Part shown: piece after piece, positions 35,838 through 46,202 of the stretch | Numbering within the stretch: the first letter of the stretch is position 1 | Layout: every line of letters starts with the position of its first letter | Assembly: GCA_964276145.1 (NCBI GenBank) | Contig: CAXYDN010000007.1 | Span: 167,122-231,121 of the forward strand | Direction of reading: 5' to 3' | DNA: 64,000 bases | Origin: an uncultured SAR86 cluster bacterium | GTDB taxonomy: Bacteria; Pseudomonadota; Gammaproteobacteria; Magnimaribacterales; D2472 | Notes under the pieces: generated by a model | What the model saw: only the letters and a program-made list of their open reading frames with translations | The model's database searches: none | What the model was told of the DNA's origin: nothing | Position numbers and translations under genes: made by a program

Positions 35838-36732
35838 AGCTCCCACCCACTCCAAGGCTTTGAATATAATCAGAATCGGTATTCCAATTTTTCTTTACTT
35901 TTACCCAAGTCTTTAAGAAAACTTTCTTTCTGAAGTAGTCCTCAAGTTCCAATCGAGCTTGTTGGCCAATTTTCTTCAGAGTTCCTCCACCTTTACCTAT
36001 AACAATTTGTTTTTGGCTATCTCTAACAACATAAATAACTGCATGAATTTTAATAATCTCATCCTCATCCTCAAGAAGCTCAACTTGAACGAAAGTATCA
36101 TGAGGCAATTCATCACCCAGCATCCTAATAATTTTTTCTCGAATAAGTTCCGAAATCATGAAGGTATCTTTATGAGAATTTTGAATATCTTCTTCGCCAT
36201 AGATATGGTCATTTTCTGGGAGATATTTCTTAATTAAATGCTCTAATTCTTTTATACCTTCATTATTAATTGCAGATATTGGAATAATATCCAAAAAAGA
36301 ATATTCCTCTGCAAGTCTTCCAATCATTGGTAATAATTTATTTTTATCTGAAATTTGATCAACCTTATTTACTACACATATGACTTTTGAATTTGCCTCT
36401 TTCAGCTTTTTGAGTACTGATAGATCTTCATCGTCTAAGGTTAGTCTTTGTACTACAAATAAAATAATATCTGAGTCTTCGATTAGACTCTCTGCAGATC
36501 GATTCAATACCTTATTCATGACCTTAGGTGATTTAATATGCATTCCAGGAGTGTCAGCAAAAATCATTTGTTTATCATTTTCTGTTTTTATACCTAGGAT
36601 ATTGTTTCGAGTTGTTTGCGATTTACGTGAGGTTATCGAAATCTTTTTTCCCAAGATATGATTGAGAATAGTTGATTTACCTACATTAGGTTTTCCAATA
36701 ATAGATATGTATCCGCAGTATGTTTTATTCAT
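35827..36732 (-). CDS. era: GTPase Era
   Basis: GKPNVGKST G1 motif, DTPG, and a C-terminal KH domain. Confidence 0.96.
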   Translation of the reverse strand: MNKTYCGYISIIGKPNVGKSTILNHILGKKISITSRKSQTTRNNILGIKTENDKQMIFADTPGMHIKSPKVMNKVLNRSAESLIEDSDIILFVVQRLTLDDEDLSVLKKLKEANSKVICVVNKVDQISDKNKLLPMIGRLAEEYSFLDIIPISAINNEGIKELEHLIKKYLPENDHIYGEEDIQNSHKDTFMISELIREKIIRMLGDELPHDTFVQVELLEDEDEIIKIHAVIYVVRDSQKQIVIGKGGGTLKKIGQQARLELEDYFRKKVFLKTWVKVKKNWNTDSDYIQSLGVGGSYET

Positions 36733-37386
36733 CTATTTTTTTATATGAGCTAGTACTTTCATTGCTACATTTGTTTCAGCTACCCTTTTAGATGGGCCTG
36801 TTGATTCAAAGCTTATGCCTTCATAGGCTACAATACATGAAAAAAGTCCTCCACCCGCATCCTCAATAATGTATTTAGGTAAATCGTATTTCATCGACTG
36901 AAGTAATTCTTGTAATTCAGTTTTAGCGTCTTTAAAAGTCATATCTTCTGATAATGCTAATAAATTTTTATTAAAAATATTCAATATAACTTCGTTTGCA
37001 TGCTCCCAACCACCATCAATAAAGATTGCTCCAATAATCGCTTCAAAAGCATCTTCTAAAATAGAGTTTTTTCTATCTTTTGACAGATTTGCAGTTCCTT
37101 TTGATAGCTTAATGTAATCACCAAGAGCAAACTCTTCAGCTTTAATAATAAGTGTCTCAGCCTTTACTAGATATGCTCTCATTCTTGTTAAAAGACCTTC
37201 TTTTTCATTTGTAAATCTTTTAAAAAGATATTGAGAGATGGCGGAGTTTAGTATGGAATCCCCTAGATATTCTAATCTTTCATTATTATTAGAGTTGCTA
37301 TAACTTTTATGAGTTAAGGCCAGCTCTAAAAGCTCTATATTTTTAAACTTATAGTTTAGTTGGTGTTGTAATTCCTTGTAATCCAT
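36733..37386 (-). CDS. rnc: Ribonuclease III
   Basis: ERLEYLGDSILN signature plus a dsRBD. Confidence 0.96.
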   Translation of the reverse strand: MDYKELQHQLNYKFKNIELLELALTHKSYSNSNNNERLEYLGDSILNSAISQYLFKRFTNEKEGLLTRMRAYLVKAETLIIKAEEFALGDYIKLSKGTANLSKDRKNSILEDAFEAIIGAIFIDGGWEHANEVILNIFNKNLLALSEDMTFKDAKTELQELLQSMKYDLPKYIIEDAGGGLFSCIVAYEGISFESTGPSKRVAETNVAMKVLAHIKK

Positions 37387-38333
37387 TAATTGATCTTACC
37401 AACTCGAGAGAAATAAGGCAGGCAAGTCCAACATTCCCAAGTCATAAATAAATAACTAGCTTGTCCGAAAAAATTCTCTCTTGGGACAAAGCCAACATCT
37501 TTGGTACTGTCATTTGAATTATCTCTATTATCACCCATGACAAAATAATGACCAGGCGGAACTTCCCATTCTGATGGATATTGAATATTTTCATTTCGAA
37601 TATTTCTTGTAAGGTATTTTGTACCTCCATGCTCTTCATAAAAGAAATCAATCACCACATCTTTTTCTTTCGTCGTAATCTTACCTGAGATATCACGGTA
37701 TCTTTTTGTAATAGTGCTTTTTTCAGTCTTATAGAATGTTTTTTTAATAAGCTCTCCATTTACATATACTTGCTTATTGATAATTCTAACTTTATCTCCT
37801 GGTTCGCCAATTAATCTTTTTACATACGGAACCGGATTATGTTTAGGTACAAAAACAACAACATCTCCATACTTTGGATCATTATTAACTATTGATGGTG
37901 GTGCAATTCTATTTATTTTATATCCATAAGAGTTCTTATCTACCAATAAAAAATCACCAACCTTTAATCCAGGCATCATAGAGCCTGATGGGATTTGATA
38001 TGGCTCATAAATAAATGTTCTTAAAACAAATATTAAAAATATAGGAATAAAATATCCTCTTGAAGAAGAAATAATTGTTTGATTGCTAATAATTATTCCA
38101 ACGATTAAAACTATTAATGAGATAATAGATGCAACTAAGAGAACAATACTTAAATCTCCTGCATTTATAAAAATGCTATACAGCATCATCAAACCAAATA
38201 TAGTCGATAAAAATGATATATTTTTTATAACGAAATTTTCTTCTAAGCTTTCATCAATCTCACTCTTAATCCAAAATCCAAGAATTATTGCCATTCCTAA
38301 AATTGAAGATATAAATAAAGGATCTGTAATCAA
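37386..38333 (-). CDS. lepB: Signal peptidase I
   Basis: PSGSMMPGL (catalytic Ser) and GDNRDNSNDS boxes. Confidence 0.95.
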   Translation of the reverse strand: MITDPLFISSILGMAIILGFWIKSEIDESLEENFVIKNISFLSTIFGLMMLYSIFINAGDLSIVLLVASIISLIVLIVGIIISNQTIISSSRGYFIPIFLIFVLRTFIYEPYQIPSGSMMPGLKVGDFLLVDKNSYGYKINRIAPPSIVNNDPKYGDVVVFVPKHNPVPYVKRLIGEPGDKVRIINKQVYVNGELIKKTFYKTEKSTITKRYRDISGKITTKEKDVVIDFFYEEHGGTKYLTRNIRNENIQYPSEWEVPPGHYFVMGDNRDNSNDSTKDVGFVPRENFFGQASYLFMTWECWTCLPYFSRVGKIN

Positions 38334-38334
38334 G

Positions 38335-40122
38335 TTATTCTCCTGATTTAAAATAGTTTAAAAAAGCGTCTTGAGGAATAGATACTTTACCAAATTGCTT
38401 CATTTTCTTTTTTCCATCTTTCTGCTTCTCTAAAAGCTTTTTCTTTCTTGAGATATCTCCACCATAGCACTTTGCAGTAACATTCTTTCTTAATGCCTTT
38501 ACAGTTTCTCTTGAAATAATTTTAGAACCGAGTGCAACTTGAATTGGAACATCAAACATTTGACGTGGTATTAATTTTTGAAGATTTGCAGCTATCTCTC
38601 TAGCTTTTTGCGTTGAAAAAGATTTATGTACAATCATTGATAATGCATCAATCTTTTGATTGTTTATCAGAATATCTATTTTTGTAAGATCTGATTTAAA
38701 AAAGCCAATCAAAGAATATTCAATAGAAGCAAATCCTTTTGTTGATGATTTAATTTGATCAAAGAAATCAACTATGACTGAGGACAAAGGCATTTCAAAA
38801 ACTATAGATACTTGATTGCCAAAATAAGTCATATCTTTTTGTGTTCCCCTTTTTCCAGTACATAAAGTAATTACATTTCCCACATATTCGTTTGGTGTGA
38901 GGATAGTAGTATTAACGATAGGCTCTCTTATCTCTTCGATATCATTTGGTGCTGGTAATTGAGAGGGATTGTCAATTTTAATAACCTCTCCATCTGTCTT
39001 TAGAACTTCATATTCAACTGAGGGTGCTGTGGAGATAAGATCTAAATCGTACTCCCTTTCTAATCTTTCTCTAATGACTTCCATGTGAAGAGTTCCTAAA
39101 AAACCACATCTAAAGCCAAAACCAAGAGCATCTGAAACCTCTGGCTCATATATTAAAGATGAGTCATTGAGTATTAATTTTGATAAAGCATCTCTGAATC
39201 TTTCATAGTCATCTGAATTTACTGTAAACATTGAGGCAAATACTTTAGGATTTACTTTTTTAAAGCCAGGTAGCGGATCGGTAGATTCGTCATTAGCCTC
39301 TAAAATGGTATCTCCAACAGGAGCACCTTTAATATTTTTAATTCCTGCAACCAAATACCCTACTTCTCCAGCAGATAAAGAATCTTTTTTAATTTTTTTT
39401 GGAGAAAAGATGCCTATCTCATCAACATTATGGGTTTGACCTGTTGAGTGTATCTTAAATTTTTGTCCTGTTTTAATTGTCCCATTTTTAATTCTTATCA
39501 ACGAAACAACGCCAAGATATGAATCAAACCATGAGTCAACGATTAATGCTTGTAATGGCTTGGTTGGACTTCCGCTTGGAGATGGAATGCCCATCACAAG
39601 ACTATCAAGCAATTCCTCAATGCCTACTCCTGTTTTGGCACTCACCAAAGGTGCAGAGGTAGCATTTATACCAATCATATCTTCAATTTCTTTTTTTACT
39701 CTTTCAGGCTCGGATTGAGGTAAATCAATTTTATTTATTACAGGTACTACTTCTAGATCTTGATCAACAGCTGTATAGCAATTTGCTAATGTCTGAGCTT
39801 CAACACCTTGAGAGCCATCTACAACCAACAACGCACCCTCACATGCTGATAATGATCTTGAAACCTCATATGAAAAATCAACGTGACCGGGCGTATCGAT
39901 GAAATTTAACTGGTAAGTTTCGTTATTTTTTGTGTATTCAAGAGTTACAGCTTGAGCTTTAATTGTAATGCCTCTCTCGCGCTCAATATCCATAGAATCA
40001 AGGATTTGCTCTGACATTTCTCTTGCAGAAAGACCTCCACAAAACTCTATCAATCTATCAGACAAAGTAGATTTTCCATGGTCAATATGGGCTATAACAG
40101 AGAAGTTTCTAATGTTTTTCAT
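38335..40122 (-). CDS. lepA: Elongation factor 4 (LepA)
   Basis: [21 protein letters not shown]. 595 aa. Confidence 0.97.
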   Translation of the reverse strand: MKNIRNFSVIAHIDHGKSTLSDRLIEFCGGLSAREMSEQILDSMDIERERGITIKAQAVTLEYTKNNETYQLNFIDTPGHVDFSYEVSRSLSACEGALLVVDGSQGVEAQTLANCYTAVDQDLEVVPVINKIDLPQSEPERVKKEIEDMIGINATSAPLVSAKTGVGIEELLDSLVMGIPSPSGSPTKPLQALIVDSWFDSYLGVVSLIRIKNGTIKTGQKFKIHSTGQTHNVDEIGIFSPKKIKKDSLSAGEVGYLVAGIKNIKGAPVGDTILEANDESTDPLPGFKKVNPKVFASMFTVNSDDYERFRDALSKLILNDSSLIYEPEVSDALGFGFRCGFLGTLHMEVIRERLEREYDLDLISTAPSVEYEVLKTDGEVIKIDNPSQLPAPNDIEEIREPIVNTTILTPNEYVGNVITLCTGKRGTQKDMTYFGNQVSIVFEMPLSSVIVDFFDQIKSSTKGFASIEYSLIGFFKSDLTKIDILINNQKIDALSMIVHKSFSTQKAREIAANLQKLIPRQMFDVPIQVALGSKIISRETVKALRKNVTAKCYGGDISRKKKLLEKQKDGKKKMKQFGKVSIPQDAFLNYFKSGE

Positions 40123-40183
40123 AAGATGCAGCTATTTTACAGCCAATACTGTAAATATAGGAGTAAATAGACTATTTTATCTA

Positions 40184-41587
40184 CTAATTAATTGTGATTG
40201 ATCTAATTATTCGACTTCCATTTCTATTAAGATGCAATGCGATCTTATTGCCAGAAGTAAAGTAATCTAAAGCTTCTTCATATGACTCTACGTCAATGAT
40301 GTCATATTTTTTACCCTTATATTGAATCATAGTAATCAAGTCGCCCTTTGAAACCTTTCCTGCAGCTGGTGATCCTGGGTTCACTCTTGAAACTATAACT
40401 CCATCTGGAAGATTAGACATAGATGGATTGTCTCTATCTATTTCAGCAACCTTAATTCCAATGGGGTCTGAAGAATTTTGTGATTTTGCAGGTACAAAAG
40501 ATTCATTATTTACAGGTAGCTCACCAAGTGTGAACTTTAGTTTAATTTCTTTTCCATCCCTAATGACTTTACCAATTGCTTTGGTTTGCGGCTGTATCTG
40601 ACCTACAACATGAGGCAAGTCAGAGCTAAACTTAATTTCTTTATTATCAAATTCAATAATGACATCACCAGGCATAAGTCCGGCCTTGTCAGCAGATTCA
40701 CCCTCTTCAACATCATTGATAAGAGCTCCATAAGGTTTTTTCATACCTAAAGCATCAGCAAGATCGCTATCAACCTCGCTCATTCTTACTCCAAGATAAC
40801 CTCTAGAGACTTCTCCTTTATCAATAATTTGATTTGCAACGTCAACGGCGACATTAATTGGGATTGCAAAAGCCAAACCTTGGTATCCACCGCTTCGAGA
40901 ATAAATTTGTGAATTAATTCCTACCACCTTTCCATCTAAATCAAATAAAGGACCTCCAGAATTTCCAGGATTTATTGCAACATCTGTTTGTAAAAATGGT
41001 ACATAGTTTCCAATATTGTTGTTTTGTATACTTCTTCCTTTGGCGCTAACAATTCCTGCTGTTACTGAGAAATCAAAGCTAAAAGGTGAGCCAATTGCAA
41101 CAACCCAATCTCCAACTTTTAAATCATCACTGTTTCCTGTGTTTACTTGAGGAAGATTATTTCCTTCCACTTTAAGTAAAGCTAAGTCCGATAAAGGATC
41201 AACGCCGACAATTTCTGCAATAAATTCTCTTCTATCAGAAAGAGAAACAATGACTTCTGTAGCATCCTCTACAACATGAAAATTAGTTAAAATATAGTTA
41301 TCTTTTAATATAAAGCCTGAGCCGTATGATACTGATTCTCTTTTTTGCTGTGGCATTTCCCTATATTGTCTAGGTATACCAAATCTCTCTAGCATCTCAT
41401 CTGGTATTCCCCCATATCCATATGCTTGTCTTTGAGTTATTTCTTTTTTTGAGGTTATGTTAACTACTGCTGGAGCTGTATTCTCAACTAATTCAGAGAT
41501 ATTTTGTGGCAAAGCAGAAGCATAGATATTTGTAATAAAAAATATACTTGAGAGAAATATAGTTAATGTTTTTTTTGTTGATTTCAT
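40184..41587 (-). CDS. Periplasmic Do/HtrA-family serine endoprotease (MucD/DegP-like)
   Basis: Signal peptide, the catalytic triad context HVV...D...GNSGGPLFD, and two PDZ domains. Confidence 0.93.
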   Translation of the reverse strand: MKSTKKTLTIFLSSIFFITNIYASALPQNISELVENTAPAVVNITSKKEITQRQAYGYGGIPDEMLERFGIPRQYREMPQQKRESVSYGSGFILKDNYILTNFHVVEDATEVIVSLSDRREFIAEIVGVDPLSDLALLKVEGNNLPQVNTGNSDDLKVGDWVVAIGSPFSFDFSVTAGIVSAKGRSIQNNNIGNYVPFLQTDVAINPGNSGGPLFDLDGKVVGINSQIYSRSGGYQGLAFAIPINVAVDVANQIIDKGEVSRGYLGVRMSEVDSDLADALGMKKPYGALINDVEEGESADKAGLMPGDVIIEFDNKEIKFSSDLPHVVGQIQPQTKAIGKVIRDGKEIKLKFTLGELPVNNESFVPAKSQNSSDPIGIKVAEIDRDNPSMSNLPDGVIVSRVNPGSPAAGKVSKGDLITMIQYKGKKYDIIDVESYEEALDYFTSGNKIALHLNRNGSRIIRSITIN

Positions 41588-41601
41588 TTTTGCTGTTTAA
41601 T

Positions 41602-42288
41602 TTAATTTAAATTAGTAATAGAGTTGGCAACATCTATAGCGGATTGACTATCGATATTTCCATATATGGTCACAACTCTTCCATCAGTTAAAGGGACAAC
41701 ATATATCATTTTGTTACCATGCTGCCAGTATCTTACTTTATTAATGCCTAAATTCTTTTTTTCAATACGTAATAAAAAGTTTTTATTTCCTTTGTTGAAC
41801 ATTCTTCCATTAGAACTCATCCTATTATAACCAACATTCCTTAAATCAATGTCAAAGGGCGTACTATTATCAATATCTGGATTGTTTATAACGTGCATTA
41901 CATGGTCTACAAGATTTTCTTCAGCTTTAGAAACAATTTCTTTTGCTTCCTTGCTGTTCATAGCTATATTTAATTGATTTTTTGCTGAAATATCTTCACC
42001 CATTCTAGAAAAATCAAACTGATTTATTGCAAATAAGGTAAGCAATACAGTAGCTGCTGCTGTGATTGAATTTGAAAACCAAAAACTATAATTTCTAACC
42101 TTACTGTTTGTTTTTATTGATTGAACATTATTTAAATTATTGATGGATGAGCTCATCAAAGCATAAGTAGATAATTTTTTTTGAAGATTAGTATCCTTAT
42201 CAAGCATGCTAAGAACTTCATCAATTTCATTAGCATCTAGCTCTCCATCATACAGTGCTGATAATTTTTCATCGATATTATTATTCAT
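41602..42288 (-). CDS. Anti-sigma-E factor (RseA/MucA N-domain, TM) with an RseB/MucB-C-like periplasmic tail
   Basis: LSALYDGELDANE N-domain. TM span FWFSNSITAAATVLLTLFAI. The C-terminal part FLLRIEKKN...GRVVTIYGNIDSQSAIDVANSI resembles the RseB C-terminal pattern. The start overlaps the rpoE stop. Confidence 0.7.
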   Translation of the reverse strand: MNNNIDEKLSALYDGELDANEIDEVLSMLDKDTNLQKKLSTYALMSSSINNLNNVQSIKTNSKVRNYSFWFSNSITAAATVLLTLFAINQFDFSRMGEDISAKNQLNIAMNSKEAKEIVSKAEENLVDHVMHVINNPDIDNSTPFDIDLRNVGYNRMSSNGRMFNKGNKNFLLRIEKKNLGINKVRYWQHGNKMIYVVPLTDGRVVTIYGNIDSQSAIDVANSITNLN

Positions 42289-42853
42289 CGGCTAGCTCCT
42301 CTGATATAAAATTAAGAATATTTTCACGAGCACGAAAAATTCTAGACCTAACTGTTCCAATTGGAGTATCAGTTATTAAAGATATTTCTTCATAACTTTT
42401 GCCCTCAGACTCCCTAAGTGTGAATGCTGTTTTCAAAGATTCTGGGAGTTGGTCAACAAATGAACTTATTTTTCTTAGTGATTGATCGTGCATTAAATCT
42501 GATTCTGGATTCGTAAAGGTAGCAAACTCAATCTCAAGATCTGTAGAAGAAATATTTAGTTTATCTTTTTTTGATGCAGAACTAACAAAATGGTTCTTAG
42601 CAAGATTGATTGCAATTCTATATACCCAAGTAAAAAAAGCACTATCACCTCTGAATGTACTAATTTGCTGCCAAACCTTTACAAAGGTCTGTTGAGCTAG
42701 GTCTTCAGAGTCCTCTTTTGATTTTGTGTAAGAGTATAAAGAGGCATAAACCCTTGGATAGTATTTAGTCATTAAAAAATTAAATGCTCCTTCATGCCCA
42801 CTTTGAGCTTTCTCAATTAGCAAGGAATCATCATTATTTGAGTTATTGATCAT
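42281..42853 (-). CDS. rpoE: ECF RNA polymerase sigma factor (RpoE/AlgU-type)
   Basis: Sigma-70 regions 2 and 4 (..TPIGTVRSRIFRAR..), followed by an anti-sigma gene and an HtrA protease. Confidence 0.92.
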   Translation of the reverse strand: MINNSNNDDSLLIEKAQSGHEGAFNFLMTKYYPRVYASLYSYTKSKEDSEDLAQQTFVKVWQQISTFRGDSAFFTWVYRIAINLAKNHFVSSASKKDKLNISSTDLEIEFATFTNPESDLMHDQSLRKISSFVDQLPESLKTAFTLRESEGKSYEEISLITDTPIGTVRSRIFRARENILNFISEELADE

Positions 42854-42892
42854 ATATAAATGCTTCCTTTAATTATCTGACAAATAAAAAGA

Positions 42893-43150
42893 TTAAAAGT
42901 TTCCTTGATGAGTAAAATTTTTTAAATGGGTATCAATAAAGATTTCATGCGTCTCAATGCCAATAGTTTCACCTTTAAAAATATAATCAAATAGCTTTTG
43001 ATCATCATAATCAAGAATTGCATCGAAGATTTGAATATCTTCATGCTTCATTGAATCTAATTTTTTTTGGGAAAACTCTCTCAGAAGAAGGTCAATTTCT
43101 CTCATACCCCTTCTGCATTTCCAATGTATTCTGTTTATTTCTTGGTTCAT
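42893..43150 (-). CDS. sdhE: FAD assembly factor SdhE (YgfY)
   Basis: RIHWKCRRGMREIDLLL matches the SdhE RGxxE motif. Divergent from ygfZ, as in E. coli. Confidence 0.9.
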   Translation of the reverse strand: MNQEINRIHWKCRRGMREIDLLLREFSQKKLDSMKHEDIQIFDAILDYDDQKLFDYIFKGETIGIETHEIFIDTHLKNFTHQGNF

Positions 43151-43319
43151 TAGTTAAAATAAGTTATTAATTAAATAATTTTACAAGAAAATAGACATTC
43201 AAAAAAAATTAATATCATTTGGCTCGATTTATTTAGATACTTTAAAAGTTATTGAGATCATTGGAAATGAAGAAAAAGTTAAAAATTTTCTTCAAGGTCA
43301 GATAACATCTGATATCAAT

Positions 43320-43976
43320 TTGGTTTCTAGTGAAACCTTTCATCTTTCCTCAATATGCAATCAAAAAGGCTTGGTAATGGCTGGATTTTTAATTTGCAAA
43401 TTTAATAATGAATTTAAAATCATAATTAATAACGAGCTTGTTGATACTTTCATAAAAGAATTGATGCCATTTGCTAAATTCTTTGGAGTAACTTTCCTTG
43501 AAACAAAAAATCATGTTTGTGCATCTATTGAATCCAAGCCATTTAGTAAAAGCGTCTTTTTAAAAAACAAGGATTTTGCACTATCTGTAAAAATACATGA
43601 CAAGGTGAAAGATATTTCTGATTCCATTTCATGGAAGGGATGGTCTATAGCTAATATGCTATTAGGTAATTTTTATCTATCAAAAAATGATATTGGTAAA
43701 TATAGGCCTTTAGAAATAAATTATGACAAGCAGCGAGTTTCATTTGATAAAGGTTGTTTTAGAGGCCAAGAAATAGTTGCAAGAATGAAATATCTTGGTG
43801 TTGATAGAAGAAAGTTTTGCACTATTATTTCAAAAAATGAAATTCAAGAAAATAAAGATTTAAAAATGTTATGTGAGCCATTGAGGCTTCAAGATAACTT
43901 TGTTTGTCTGTGTATAATTAAAAAAGATTTTCTAGAAATTTTTAAACGGGAAAATCCATCTATTACTATTATTTAG
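43320..43976 (+). CDS. ygfZ: Folate-binding protein YgfZ (true N-terminus probably upstream; see findings)
   Basis: KGCFRGQEIVARMKYLG signature. The frame is open from 43179 and encodes YgfZ-like residues (VIEIIGNEEKVKNFLQGQITSDINL) upstream of the track's TTG start. Confidence 0.85.
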   Translation: MVSSETFHLSSICNQKGLVMAGFLICKFNNEFKIIINNELVDTFIKELMPFAKFFGVTFLETKNHVCASIESKPFSKSVFLKNKDFALSVKIHDKVKDISDSISWKGWSIANMLLGNFYLSKNDIGKYRPLEINYDKQRVSFDKGCFRGQEIVARMKYLGVDRRKFCTIISKNEIQENKDLKMLCEPLRLQDNFVCLCIIKKDFLEIFKRENPSITII

Positions 43977-43978
43977 TT

Positions 43979-44656
43979 TTACCATTTTATGGGACTCTTG
44001 TTCATATTTAATAGTATATTGTTTGTTTTTGAAAAGTGCTTACATCCAAAAAACCCTTTATAAGATGAAAGAGGAGATGGATGAGCAGATTTAAGAACAT
44101 GGTTAACTTCTTTATTTATGAGTTTTTCTTTTTTTGCTGAACTATTTCCCCATAGAAGAAAAATAATATCTGTTTTATTGTTGAGGGTTGCGATAATAGA
44201 ATCTACTAATAGACTCCAGCCAATATTGGCATGAGATCCTGGCATTGAATCTATTACACTAAGAGAAGTATTTAAAAGAAGAACTCCTTGTTTGGCCCAC
44301 TCTTCTAAATTACCAGAGTTATAAAAACAAGTACCTATATCAGCATTAATTTCTTTATAAATATTTTGTAATGATGGAGGAATTTTATGCCCTTTATTCA
44401 CAGCAAATGCTAGACCGTTTGCAACACCTTTTTGATGATATGGATCTTGACCAAATATAACAACTTTTGTCTTGTGATAACTACATAAATGAAAAGCATT
44501 AAAAATATTATCTATGACTGGATATACAGAATGGCCAAGACGTATGTCAGAGTATATATGCTCTAATGGGGAATAAATATCCTGACAAAGTTTTATCTTT
44601 TTTAGCTCTTGCTCCCAATTATTTGGAAGTTTAATCATAGATGTAAATTTGTGCAT
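43979..44656 (-). CDS. ung: Uracil-DNA glycosylase
   Basis: GQDPYH water-activating loop and HPSPLS. Confidence 0.96.
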   Translation of the reverse strand: MHKFTSMIKLPNNWEQELKKIKLCQDIYSPLEHIYSDIRLGHSVYPVIDNIFNAFHLCSYHKTKVVIFGQDPYHQKGVANGLAFAVNKGHKIPPSLQNIYKEINADIGTCFYNSGNLEEWAKQGVLLLNTSLSVIDSMPGSHANIGWSLLVDSIIATLNNKTDIIFLLWGNSSAKKEKLINKEVNHVLKSAHPSPLSSYKGFFGCKHFSKTNNILLNMNKSPIKW

Positions 44657-44670
44657 ATTTCATGTAAATC

Positions 44671-44705
44671 TTATCCACAGAAACTGTGGATAAAGTTATG
44701 GATAA
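44671..44705. promoter_or_regulatory. Cluster of three DnaA boxes
   Basis: TTATCCACA (44671..44679, perfect), TGTGGATAA (44685..44693, perfect, opposite orientation) and TATGGATAA (44697..44705, one mismatch). The cluster starts 15 nt upstream of the ung ATG. Confidence 0.7.
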
Positions 44706-44950
44706 CTTTATTTTTACTATAATAAAGCTTGCAGTATAAAGGTTTTCTTAAAGTTGAGCAAAAATTATACAGATATTAAAAAAAACACCGTATATCAGTA
44801 AGATAAATAAATATTATAGATAATTCAAATTTTAACGATTAAAATATAGGTAACAGCATTTACCATTGTTTTACACTGTTGACAAGTATAAAAATATGTT
44901 AATTGTTTACAAAATAAAATGTGACATAAGTTGCGGTAATAATTATAGAA

Positions 44951-46135
44951 TTACGTGTATTTATTGCACAGCCTTACACTTATAACATGATTAATATTTT
45001 CAATATTTTCAATCAGTTCTTCCGATGGCTCGTCCTCTAAATCAATTAAATTAATACCAACAGCATCTCTACTCTTATGGGTCATATCCGCTATATTAAT
45101 ATTTTTATAACCAATTTCATCTGTAATTTTACCAATCATTCCAGGTTCATTTTGATTGATAATGACCATCCTATATTTTGTCTTTCTTCCTAACTTTATA
45201 GAAGGAAAATTAACTGAATTTACTATTACCCCATCATTAAGAAAGTTAGAGATTTGTTCAGCTGCCATAACTGCACAATTCACCTCTGCTTCTTTTGTGC
45301 TGGCTCCTAAATGAGGAAGTAGAATTACATCATGGTATTCATTAGAACGAGTTACAAGTTCAGGAGTTGGGAAGTCAGTAACAAAGTTATCAATAGTTTT
45401 TGAATCTAGGGCTTCTATTATATCTTCATTATTAACAATACCTCCCCTCGAAAGATTGATAAGTTTTGAGCCTTTTTTAAATTTTTTAAGCGTTTCTTTA
45501 TTTATTAGATCCTTAGTAGCGTCAACTAGTGGGACATGGATTGAAACATAGTCAGAGTTATTTAATAAGTAATTCATTGAATCTGCTTTTTCAACATCTT
45601 TAGGTAAACGCCAAGCAGCATCAATTGAAATATATGGGTCATATCCAATGATTTTCATACCCATTATTTCTGCAGTTTGAGCAAGCAATGAGCCTATTGC
45701 ACCAAGACCAATAATTCCTAGAGTTTTACCTTTAAGCTCGTTGCCTTTAAAGTTTTTTTTCTGTGATTCCATTGATTTGTTTAATTCCACAGAATTTTGT
45801 CCAGACAATGTTTTGGAATAGATGTTCCCTTGTATAATTCCTCTAGAAGATAAAAGCATTCCACAAACAACAAGCTCTTTAACAGCATTTGCATTAGCGC
45901 CAGGCGTATTAAATACAACAATCCCTTTGTCTGTTGCGTCTTTTACAGGGATATTGTTTGTGCCAGCACCAGCTCTTCCAATACATTTTAAAGATTTATT
46001 AAAATCATCATTTGAAAGATTTTGACTCCTTAAAATTAAAGAATCTGGATCTATCTCATCTATATGAAAATCGTTTCCATCTAATATATTTAAGCCATCT
46101 TCAGCTATATTATTAAAAATTTTATATGTGAACAT
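44951..46135 (-). CDS. serA: D-3-phosphoglycerate dehydrogenase with a C-terminal ACT domain
   Basis: GIIGLGAIGSLLAQ NAD motif, 2-hydroxyacid dehydrogenase core and ACT-like tail. 394 aa. Confidence 0.88.
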   Translation of the reverse strand: MFTYKIFNNIAEDGLNILDGNDFHIDEIDPDSLILRSQNLSNDDFNKSLKCIGRAGAGTNNIPVKDATDKGIVVFNTPGANANAVKELVVCGMLLSSRGIIQGNIYSKTLSGQNSVELNKSMESQKKNFKGNELKGKTLGIIGLGAIGSLLAQTAEIMGMKIIGYDPYISIDAAWRLPKDVEKADSMNYLLNNSDYVSIHVPLVDATKDLINKETLKKFKKGSKLINLSRGGIVNNEDIIEALDSKTIDNFVTDFPTPELVTRSNEYHDVILLPHLGASTKEAEVNCAVMAAEQISNFLNDGVIVNSVNFPSIKLGRKTKYRMVIINQNEPGMIGKITDEIGYKNINIADMTHKSRDAVGINLIDLEDEPSEELIENIENINHVISVRLCNKYT

Positions 46136-46202
46136 TTGAATTATGTTTGTGATTAAACAAATGCATTATATAGAAAAAAAAATTATTATTTAAGAAATTA
46201 AG

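Noticed and set aside
44657-44950. Chromosomal replication origin (oriC)
   Set aside because: Only three DnaA boxes are present, all clustered at one end. I saw no repeated AT-rich 13-mers and no typical origin-flanking genes (dnaA, dnaN, mnmG, mioC).
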